Part shown: one piece after another, positions 13,701 through 25,700 of the stretch
How the letters are laid out: every line of letters begins with the position of its first letter
Numbering within the stretch: the stretch's first letter is position 1
From: Malacoraja senta
Taxonomy: Eukaryota
NCBI GenBank assembly: GCA_038087875.1
Contig: JAXLNO010000320.1
Location: forward strand, 62,001 to 126,000
Direction: 5' to 3'
DNA: 64,000 nucleotides
Position numbers and translations under genes: made by a program
Notes under the pieces: model-generated
Told to the model about the DNA's origin: nothing
The model's input: only the letters and a program-made list of their open reading frames with translations
Databases searched by the model: none

Positions 13701-16700
13701 TCAAATTTTTTTACAAATAAAAAACTGAAAAGTGTGGCATGCAAAAGTAATCAGCCCCCTTTACTCTGATACCCCTAAATAAAATCCAGTGCAACCAATT
13801 GCCTTCAGAAGTCACCTAATTAGAAATAGAGTCCACTTGTGTGTAATCTAATCTCAGTATAAATACAGCTGTTCTGTGAAGGCCTCAGAGGTTTGTTAGA
13901 GAACATTAGTAAACAAACAGTATCATGAAGCCCAAGGAACACACCAGACAGGTCAGGGATAAAGTTGTGGAGAATTCTAAAGCAGGGTTAGGTTATAAAA
14001 AAATATCCCAAGCTTTGAACATCTCACAGAGCACTGTTCAATCCATCATCCGAAAATGGAAAGAGTATGGCACAACTGCAAGCCTACCAAGACATGGCCG
14101 TCCACCTAAACTGACAGGCCGGGCAAGGAGAGCATTGATCAGAGAAGCAGCCAAGAGGCCCATGGTAAATCTGGAGGAGCTGCAGAGATCCACAGCTCAG
14201 GTGGGAGAATCTGTCCACAGGACAACTATTAGTCGTGCACTCCACAAATCGGGCCTTTATGGAAGAGTGGCAAGAAGCAAGCAATTGTTGAAAAAAAGCC
14301 ATAAGAAGTCCCGTTTGCAGTTTGCCACAAGCCATGTGGGGGACACAGCAAACATGTGGAGGAAGGTGCTCTGGTCAGATGAGACCAAAATTGAAGTTTT
14401 TGGCCTAAATGCAAAACGCTATGTGTAGCGGAAACCTAACACTGGCACATCACCCTGAACACACATCCCCACTGTGAAACATGGTGGTGGCAGCATCATG
14501 CTGTGGGGATGCTTTACTTCAGCAGGGACAGGGAAGCTGGTCAGAGTTGATGGGAAGATGGATGGAGCCAAATACAGGGCAATCTTGGAAGAAAACCTGT
14601 TAGAGTCTGCAAAAGACTTGAGACTGGGGCGGAGGTTCACCTTCCAGCAGGACAACGACCCTAAACATACAGCAAGAGCTACAATGGAATGGTTTAGATC
14701 AAAGCATATTCATGTGTTAGAATGGCCCAGTCAAAGTCCAGACCTAAATCCAATTGAGAATCTCTGGCAAGACTTGAAAATTGCTGTTCACAGACGCTCT
14801 CCATCCAATCTGACTGATCTTGAGCTATTTTGCAAAGAAGAATGGGCAAAAATTTTGGTCTTTAGATGTGCAAAGCTGGTAGAGACATACCCCAAAAGAC
14901 TTGCAGCTGTAATTGCAGCGAAAGGTGGTTCTACAATGTATTGACTCAGGGGGGCTGAATACTTTTGCACGCCACACTTTTCAGTTTTTTATTTGTAAAA
15001 AAATTTGAAAACCATGTATCATTTTCCTTCCACTTCACAATTATGCACCACTTTGTGTTGGTCTATCACATAAAATTCCAATAAAATACATTTACGTTTG
15101 TGGTTGTAACGTGACAAAATGTGGAAAAGTTCAAGGGGTATGAAAACTTTTGCAAGCCACTGTATGTTGTAAGGAAATATGGAAATAATTGTAGATGGGA
15201 TGCTGACTAAATGGAACAAAAGTAGTGTGATTTTATTTGGTTTATTATTATCATCACTTGTAACAAGATACACTGGGAAACTTTGTTTAGGGGGAATTTC
15301 CAGGCAAATCACACCATACATGAACACAGGTAAGTGCACAACAGAAAATAAACAGAGTGCCGAATAATGTGTTATCACTACAGAGAAAATGTAGAAAGTA
15401 AAGAGAAACTTGTATTTAATAAATGTAAGTAAGTTCTCAATTCCTTATTTTCACAAGATTTTGTTCCACCAAAAAAAATCTTCCTACATCCTCAGCCATT
15501 CTGAAAGCTGAATCAGAAAGGCATAGACCCTGGTCAAATTGAACTATTACAAATATTTGCTATTAACTGTAAAAGTTAACTATAAAGCCTTGAAGATAAC
15601 ATAATTGTTTTTTGTAGCCCAAAAGTAAAATGCTAAATGTGGCTTACTACAATAATGCAAATAACAGCTCGTTTTTTTTGTTACATTTTGCATTTATAAA
15701 TCACATTTTCTTTTCAAATCTATTTAAAAGCTTAGCTACATTTGTGCACATTTTCCATATTGGTCTCAGCAAAATCAAGTAAACATTTTCAATGCTTTAA
15801 AATGAGTGCACTACCATCCACTGTGAATTGTTTTATCTTTTGGATTCAGCTGAATTGATAATGCTTTGGCTGGGTACAGAATTTGTATTTGAAACATGGA
15901 TTGCTGCATTAAACTAATTGGGAGCTGAGGGGTTTTGTATATTATTTGCATTTTTATGCAAGAAATAATGCTAAAAATTAATACACCACAATAACGTGGG
16001 ATTCACTTTAAGTAATACTTGTTTCCTGATTTGTTTTAGCCAAATAATGAATGATGGCACAAATGTTGGTAATGTAAGCTCGTTGCCGACTGCAGCACCT
16101 TCCACTAGTGGTGTTCGAAAACCATGGCACGAACACGTAACTCAAGATTTGCGCAATCACCTAGTTCATAAACTGTAAGTATTTATGTGATTGCAAAAGC
16201 TCAAAAATCCTCTTAACCTCTCCATAAATAGAAGTTTGATATTTGATGTGCTGTTGCAGCAGAGGCAATTATAAGTTGGAAGAAGGGTTTTGAACCAAAA
16301 TGTCACCCATTCCTTCTCTCCAGAGATGCCTGTCCCGCTGAGTTACTCCAGTTTTTTTGTGTCTATCTTCGGTTTAAACCAGCATCTGCAGTTCCTTCTT
16401 ACACAATTATGTTGATCTACTGATGGCTAGTGAAACTGAGTTAGACACATTAACTTACTTGACCTTAAAAGAACATCTTTAGTGGAAGATACAAATTAGA
16501 AATGTGTGCAAGATAATGCTCAGAGAGAAAATAACCAGAAGAATTACTCTGTATGAAATATTTGTGTTAGATCAATTAATGTGTGTGACTGGTATACTTG
16601 TGAATTTAATGTATGACTTTTGTTGGATAAGGCTCCTGTCGTGAAATGCTTTGCCTAAGTTAAATAATTTCAAGTTTTTCATCTCTGTCCTCTTGGGTTG

Positions 16701-19700
16701 ATGTAACCCCTTGTTACCATTTGCAGAAGTGCAGGGTAGTCTCTAATATTGTGTCCAGTATTTAAACCTTGACCACAGGAAGGATGGTAGAGGCTTTGGA
16801 GAAGAGATTTACCAGAAGAATGTTTGGATTAGGGCATATTAGCTGCAAGGAGAGGTTGGACAAACTTGGATTGTTTTCTCTAGAATGTTGGATTTTGAGG
16901 GGAGACATGATACAAGTATATAAAATTATGAGAGGCATAGACACCGTAGAATGTCAGAACCTTTCCTCCAGGGTGGAAATGTCAAAGACTAAAGGACATA
17001 GCTTTAAGGCGAGAGGGGCTAAGGAAGTATGTGTAAGGAAGATATGAGGGGTATGTTTTTTACACATAATGTGGTGGGTGCCTGGAACCTGCTGCCGGGG
17101 ATGGTGGCGGAGGCAGAAACGATAATAGCATTTCAGTTCACATGCTTATGCAGGGAATGGAGGGATATGGATCACGTGCAGGCAAAGGATGTTAGTTTAT
17201 CTTGGCATCGTGTTTGGCACAGACATTGGGGCGAGGGGTATGTTCTTGAGCTGTACAGTTCCATGTTCTATTTTAGGCGTTTAACATGTAATCATCTAGT
17301 TGTTTGGAAAACACTTTAGGGCATCTTAATAGTGGGAACAAATACTACACAAATGCAAGTTTGTTTTTGATTGTTAAATTGTCGTGAGCTACTGTATCCC
17401 TTCTCCCACAGAGTGCAAGCCATATTTCCAACCCCTGACCCAGCAGCACTGAAGGATCGTCGCATGGAAAACCTTGTGGCGTACGCTCGGAAAGTGGAAG
17501 GAGATATGTATGAATCTGCAAACAGTAGGGTAAGTAATCACATTTCAGATGATTTGCCACAATTCCCATCAATGCATATTGTATGCTGTTGTGTTAAATG
17601 AAGCATTTTAGATAAATAATCTGTACATACTGGAAACCTTTATTCAAAACAACTTGTCCATAATTTTGTTAAAACAGATTAAAATTACAATTGTTGATAT
17701 TGACAAAAGCCATGTTTCAGGTGTAATCTCAAGTTTTTTACTCATCAGATGCTAAAGAAGATCTGTACAATACCAGAATCTTTAGTTTCTTGCTTAGTTG
17801 ACAGTGCCTAGCAACAACTAAATACACTTTGCAAAATACAAAGTGCTGGAGGAACTTCGGTCTGAAGAAGAGTCCCAACCTGAAATGTCATCTGCCCATT
17901 CCTTCCACAGATGCTGCCTGACCTGCTGAGTCCCTCCAGCACTTTGTGTTTTGCTCAGGTATAGCAGTTCACAGTTGTATCCTCTTACAAAGATCTCTCA
18001 ATTTCAGATAAAAATGAAGGTTTCATCAGAACCTGTTTCCTCCATTAATGAGAAGAAGCAGATATTAAATCTTGACCTTTTTCTTATTTTTTCATTAAGG
18101 ATGAATACTATCACTTACTTGCAGAGAAGATTTACAAGATTCAGAAAGAGCTAGAGGAAAAAAGACGGTCTCGACTTCAAAACAGCAGCAGGGAATATTG
18201 CCAAACCAGGGTGCCTTGACAGGACCGGGTGGACAACCACCTGGTATGTCACAGACACCAGGTATGGCTCAGGTCCAGCCTGTCCGACCACCCAGTAAGT
18301 ATGTTTCATGTATATCTCATTTACAGGGAGTCTCACAATTCACAGCATGTGGACTTCAATGCATAATGATAATACTCCTGCCTCACCATGTGAAGATGGA
18401 AGGTTCAATAAAGACATAGAGTTCAACTCACTTCAGTGCCGAAGTTAGACTGACAAATCAGTATAGAAGCGAGGGACTGCTCTGCTGTCAGAGGTGTTGG
18501 GTAAAGTGTAAAATTGCATTCTTGCTTGTTATCTCAGTATTCAAAGGCAAGCGGGGAGATATCGGAAAGATCTGACCAATAATTATACCTCAGTTATAAT
18601 TATCTGAACAAAGTCTGATCAGAGTATAGAAGAGAGATCGAGCGACTGTCCATATGGTGCCAGCACAATAACCTGGCCCTCAACACCAGCAAAACCAAGG
18701 AACTGATTGTGGACTTTGGAAGGAGTAGGATGGGGACCCACAGTCCCGTTTATATCAACGGGTCGATGGTTGAAAGGGTCAAGAGCTTCAAATTCTTGGG
18801 CGTGCACATCTCTGAAAATCTTTCCTGGTCTGAGAACACTGATGCAATTATTAAGAAAGCACATCAGCGCCTCTACTTCCTGAGAAGATTACGGAGAGTC
18901 GGTTTGTCAAGGAGGACTCTCTCTAACTTCTACAGGTGCACAGTAGAGAGCATGCTGACCGGTTGCATCGTGGCTTGGTTCGGCAACTTGAGCGCCCTGG
19001 AGAGGAAAAGACTACAAAAAGTAGTAAACACTGCCCAGTCCATCATCGGCTCTGACCTCCCTTCCATCGAGGGGATCTATCGCAGTCGCTGCCTCAAAAA
19101 GGCTGGCAATATCATCAAGGACCCACACCATCCTGGCCACACACTCATCTCCCTGCCACTTTCAGGTAGAAGGTACAGGAGCCTGAAGACTGCAACGACC
19201 AGGTTCAGGAATAGCTACTTCCCCACAGCCATCAGGCTATTAAACTTGGCTCGGACAAAACTCTGAACATTAATAGCCCATTATCTGTTATTTGCACTTT
19301 ATCAGTTTATTTATTCATGTGTATATAATGAATTACGTATATAATGGTATATGGACACACTGATCAGTTTTGTAGTCAATGCCTACTATGTTCTATTGTG
19401 CTGAAGCAAAGCAAGAATTTCATTGTCCTGTCAGGGACACATGACAATAAACTCTCTTGACTTGTCTTGAAGTCGTGCTTTTAGGGCATGTTGTTTTTGA
19501 TGTGTGGAATTCCGACAAGTTTCTTTTGTTTTTAGATGGACCCTTGTCTATACCAAATGTGCCAAATCAAATCATAAATCGCATGCCTGGGTCTCAAGGC
19601 AAGTAATCATTTTTTTGTATTTTTCCTATTTAATAAATGTCATTATCTAATTATATAGTAATATTAATAAATATACCACAATGTTGACTATAGAGATGCT

Positions 19701-22700
19701 TTGAAAACTCCCATGTATGGAAATTGCATTGTAAAAATGCCGGCAGTATTTTGGCTCAGAGATACAACATGGAAATAGACTGTCCCACCGAGGGACATTG
19801 TAAGATTTTGCAGATCTTATGCAGTTATAAATTGGTATATAATAGTAATCATTCTAAAATCCGTGCTGGCTGAGAAAGCAACTCTGCCCAATCCTACCTT
19901 GCAGCACCTGATCGTAGCCTTGCCGATCATGGCTCTTCAAATGCACATTTTGTGGTCCAGGCTGGCTTGGAACCCATGTTAAATGGTCAATGCCACCAAC
20001 AATTGACCCCTCGGTTATCAGTCATTACAAGAAAGATCACATAGTATCCACTGAAATGGTGTGCCAGTGCCTAGATCCCACATCATTGGGTGGAGCCTAT
20101 TGTTCGTAGAGGCAACAGGTGGAAACATCACTTGCCTTCAGCTAGTGTGATTTGGAGAAAAAAAGTTTGGTCCTGTGTTGCTTTTATTGCCTCTAACTAA
20201 TGCTAAAATCTCTCGAAGGAAAACAGAATTAAATTTGTGCAGTTGCATTCCAGCTACCAAGAAGGATGTGTCTCTTTCAGGTATGAACCAGTTTGGGCCC
20301 ATGTCTTTGGGGAATGTTCAGATGCCACAGGGACCCATGGGACCACGTGCAACTCCTCCCATGAACCATAATGTACAGGTGAGCAACATGGGATCCATTC
20401 CAACGGTAATTACAGTACTTTTCTGAAGAAGGGTCTCGACCCGAAACAGCACCCATTCCTTCTCTCCAGAGATGCTGTCTGTCCCGCTGAGTTACTCCAG
20501 CATTTTGTGTTTACCTTCGATTTAAACCAGCATTTGCAGTTCTTTCCTACACGTAATTACTTTTCTGTTCAGCTGTTCCATAGCTAATGAGATTGGAGAA
20601 TTGCTGTTACTTTAGATATATTTACTAATGAGGGAGTCTTTGGGTCAATTGAAATTTGTCGTGTGTAAGTGCTAATTCTACCCAGCTATCTGGTCCAGAA
20701 TAAGTAGTGATCCAAGTTTAAGGAATAGTGAAATGCATAGAATGCATCTATTTAAGATTACTAAAAAGAAATAAGGTGTGTAACAAACTTTCTGGATCAG
20801 ATACAGCCATGAAGTGAGTGAGTGGCTTTTTTTAAATGTATAAGTTAAGGCAGTGGAATGTATAAACGATATCCCAGTTTCCTTTTTTTCCCCACTTCTT
20901 TTCCTTACTTTCTTTCAGACTTCAGCCCCTTTGAATCTTTTTCATTCTGCTGTCATAACAGGTTAAATAATCCAGTGCCTTTCATCAACGACCCATCATA
21001 AATCGCAAAATGAGCTTTAGCCAATTTGCCAGTTTTGCCTTCCTCAATAATCTACATTGTCAGTTTTAAAACTTTCATTCTAATTATCTCTGGTCTTATC
21101 CAGTTGTGTTTACCTAATAAAAATTTACATTTGAAGAAGATACTTGGAGAAAGAGTTCCTGTATTTATTGAGTTTGATCCTGCACCTTTTTAGGTGGTGT
21201 GGTCTGGGAGAGAAGCTTAGTATTTTATCACCTTAAAGGCATTTCATAAAGGCACATCAAATGCAAAATAATCTGTATGTTGGAAATCTGAAATCACAAC
21301 ATTTTAGAGATGCTCAGATGTCGGGCAGCTTATGAGAGAAACAGTTAACATTTCAGATCACAGCTGCCACCTGAATTGATGAACCTGAGTTTATTTCCCA
21401 ATCCAAGATAATACCTGACCTGCTGAGTGTTTGCAGAAATACTTTTTTCAAGTTGTATAGATGCAATCTAGAATGTGAAATCATTCTTTAAAATAAGAGA
21501 GCACCCATTTAAGATGGATCTTGTGATATTTCTTTCTGAAGGTCATGGGTCACTTTTCAACGGGTAATAGAAGAGTCAAGTGTTCAATATTTTTAAGGCT
21601 AAAGTTGATTGATTCTTGATATACAGAGAGGCAAACAGGAATGTAGAGTTGAGATTACAATTTGGATCAGCTGTGATTACAGAGGAGGTCTAAGGGACTT
21701 AAGTCTACTCTGCTCTTATTTCATGTTGTATATATGCAAGTCTGTAAAGAGCCATAGAAGGCTTAGGAAGTTTGGCATATTCTCAGCAACTTTAACCAAC
21801 TTCTACAGATGCGCCATAGAAAGCATTTTATCGGGATTAATCACAGCATGGTTTGGGAATAGCTCCATCCAAGACTGCAAAAAATTGCAGAGAATTGTGG
21901 ACGCAACCCAGACCATCACACAAACCTTCCTTCCATTGACACAATTTACTCCTCAAGCTGCCTCGGCAAGGCTACAAACATAATCAAGGACGAGGCGCAC
22001 CCCTGCCACTCCCTCTTCTCCCCTCTCCCATCAGGCAAAACATACAGAAGTGTGAAAATGCACACCTCCAAATTAAGGAACAGTTTCTTCCCATCTGTTA
22101 TCAGGCAACCAGACCATCCTACCTGCAGTAGCCTTTTGGCTTGTTTTGTGTGTCATTAATTATGGCATGTGTCTTTAAATTTTAGACTGCCCGTTATATT
22201 GTGGGTGGGATTTATGACGTATTTTAGGGCGTGTTTGGAGCTATGTTTCTTGCGCAGAAGCTTAGTTTTTTAGTTTAGTTTGGGACCAGCATGGGGAAGG
22301 CATACCCTTTGACCATGCGGAGGGTAACGGAGACACGAGGAGTTTTCTAACCTTTAAAGCGATAAGATGGAGTTCGATGAAGATTATAGTGTATGAGTAG
22401 GAAGAAGTTTGGATGTACCTTGTTGTTTTTCATCAACAATAAAGAATCTATTAATCAAAAGACTGTGTTATGAAGATTTATCTGTGAAGAAGCTCTGAAG
22501 GTCTCTGACGGAGAGCTCGCATGCGTATAACGACATTCTCCTTAATCATGCAGTCCACTTAGCGGCTAGAGGGAGTAATCTCTTGAACGATATAAAGATC
22601 TGCCGCTACACTACCAACAACTAGAGAACAACCCTCAACTGCCATCTCCCCCATTGGAGCCCCCTGGAGTATTTTTTATCGGACTTTACTAGCTTTATCG

Positions 22701-25700
22701 TGCACTAAACGTGTTATTCACGTTATTCCCTTCATCATGTATCTGTGCACTGGATGGCTCAGTTGTAATCATGTATTGTATTTCCGCTGACTGCTTAGCA
22801 CGCAACAAAGGCTTTTCACTGGACCTCGGTGTAGATTGGTTACATTACTTACTAACCAATGTAGTGCTTTATTAATATAAGCTCCGCCTACTACTACATC
22901 ATTCATATTATCGCAACCCGACATGTGCTGTTAGTTGGTGATGCAACACAGTAGAATTGATATGCTGCTGAGTGTTGTATGTGTTACTCAATAAATACTG
23001 TTGTACCAGATCCGTGAGTATGTGTGACTTACTCAACACTCAGTAAACGTGACAATAACTAAATTCAATAAACTAAACTCAAACTCAAATATTCCGTTTA
23101 TTCTAATAATTTGTTTGTCATTTTCCAGATGGGCATGTCACCTTCCCGACTATCAAATCCTCAAGGTCTGATGGGAGTGCATGCCAACAACATTGGTCAG
23201 CCTTCTCCCCAAAACCAGTTTCTGAATCAGAACCAGTTTCCTCCAGCCTCTGGTGGAATGAATGTGAATAATGTGGGGATTTCTCAACCTGCAAACCAGC
23301 CTGGAATGAATCAGGTAATGGCTTTGAATCTGCGTATTAATTTAACACCAATGTTATCATGTTTCAAGGAATGACAATCTATGTAATTTGCTTATGTTGA
23401 AGTGTCATAACTTTGTCTTTGTAAATAAGCGCATGACTTTTAAAGCTGATTTAAAGTGGATCAGATGTTTTCACTGTAATCCTGGATGGTGTAGGATTGG
23501 GAGGCACAGCTTTTAAATGGCGAGAATTTGAAAAGTGATGGAGTTCAGAGGGAGTTGAATGTTTTTGTACATAAATTGCTGTATGGTAACATGTAGTTAG
23601 GAAAGCAAAGAGTATGCTTGCCTCGACTGCAAGAGGATTTGACTGCAATAGTTAAAAACAAGTTGTGAACCCATATCTAGATTGTAGTGCAAGGATCTGA
23701 TCTTATATAGGACATATATACTTGCGAGATTGGAAGTGCAGCAATGGTTCACCAGTTTAGAAGTGGAGGAAATTTTGGGTTATTGAGTAGAGCTACTACT
23801 CGTGGAAAAAAACTGTTTTATGTCTGGCTGTTTTATGTTTGACAGTCCGGAGGGAAATGCTTCAAAGAGTTTATGGCCATGGTGAGAGGGGTCAGAGATG
23901 ATCTTACCCGCTCGCTTCCTGGTCTGTACAATTCGTCAATGGGAGGAAGGTTGCAGCCAACAACCTTCTCAGCTGATCGGACGATTCGCTGCAGCCTTGT
24001 GCTTGGTGGCTGAGCAAAACCAGACCATGATGGAGAAGGTGAGGACAGACTCTATGATGGCAGCGTAGAATTGGACCATCATTGCCTGTGGCAGATTGTG
24101 TTTTCTCAGCCGCAGGAAGTACACCCTCTGTTGGGCCTTTTTGACTGTGGAGTCAATGGTGATCCACTGCCAGAGGGATTCAGGCACAGTCAACTGGGAG
24201 AGTTTGTAGTGTAGTAGCTCTGGTACAATGGTGTTGAATGCAGAGCTAAAATCAACAAACAAAATCCTTGCATAGGTTCCCTGGTGGTCTAGGTGTTGGA
24301 GGATGAAGTGCAGGCCTAGGTTGACCGCGTCATCTACTGATCAATTGCCCTCGTATGCAAACTGCGAGGGTCCAGCAGGGGGTTTGTTATTTTTTCAGCT
24401 TGACCAGCACAAGTCTTTCAAGGGTCTTCATGACTACAGAGGTCAGTGCGACAGGCCTGTAGTCATTAAGACCAGTAATCCTTGTCTTTTTGGGTACAGG
24501 GACAATAGTGGAGACTTTGAAGCAGGCAGGGACAGTATAGGTTTGCAGGGACTGGGTGAAAATGTCTGGGTAGACCGGTGCCAGTTGTTCGGCACTGAGC
24601 TTGAGGGTAGAGGGGGAAACATTGTCTGGTCCTCTCCAACTCCTCAATTTCTATTGTTAGTGATGGAGAAGTGGCCAGACTGATATTGGACAGCAAGGAG
24701 GGGGTGGGTAGTGGACGATGGCCCAGTCTTTTCAAACGAGTCAGGCTGTAAGTGGGTGTTAAGTGGTGATTGGGAGGAGTGGGTGGGGAAGGGTCCAGTC
24801 TTTCCAAACTGGAGTCAGGCTGTGAGTTGGTGTGAAGTGTTGATTGGGGAGGGGGGCACCAGGGTTAAGTTTCTGCTTATCTAACCTGCAGTAGAACTCG
24901 TTCAGGTCGTTGGTCAGCTGACGATTGTCCAAGGAGCAGGGGGCTTTCAAGTCAAGTCAAGTTTATTTGTCACACATACAAGATGTACAGTGAAATGAAA
25001 GTGGCAATGCCTGCAGGATTGTGCAAAACAACAGAACAACAGAACAGAACCAGTATTTACATTTTTTTTAAAAGACGCAACAGTAATTGCGCTCCGGTGA
25101 GATCAGAGTTTACAGTCCTAATGGCCTGTGGGAAGAATCTCCGTCTCATTCTCTCTGTTTTCGCAGCATGACAGCGGAGGCACTTGCCTGACCTTAGCAG
25201 CTGGAACAGTCAGTTGCTGGGGTGGTAGGGGTCTTTCATGATCTTGCTGGATCTGCAGGGGTGGGGGGGGGGGGGGAGTGTAGATCCCATGGTGCGTTCG
25301 GCAAAATGCACTCTGCAGTGCCTTCCTGTCCTGGGCAGAGCTGTTGCCAAACCAGATCAAGATGTTTCCGGTCAGGATAGTTTCTACTGCCCCAGAGTAG
25401 AAGGATTGAAGGATCTTCAGAGACTCTGAATTTCCTCAGCTGCCTGAGGTGGTAAAGGCGCTGCCTTGACTTTCTCACCAGGGCAGCAGTGTGTGTTGTC
25501 CATGTCACAGGGCTGCCAACATTGGGTGAGAGTTGGGAGTGAGACATTTCGATAGACCAAGCCTGAGGGAGCGTAGCGACGGAGGAGTGGTGGGAGGGGG
25601 GTGTTGCTTGAAATTGTGCAATTTGGTGCATACTATAGCGAGTCTTTTAACTTACACTTGAATGCAATATTTATCCTTTAAATTGGATTAGCTATGAATA

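Larger units (their letters stand above)
21760..23080 (+). mobile_element. Rex1/L2-like 3' fragment interrupted by two solo LTRs
   Basis: [31 protein letters not shown]; its 3' UTR is homologous to 36920-37185. Confidence 0.7.

Noticed and set aside
18100..18294. Calling the whole gene a pseudogene because of the exon 10 frameshift
   Set aside because: All other exons and splice sites are intact; one homopolymer indel is better explained as a sequencing error.
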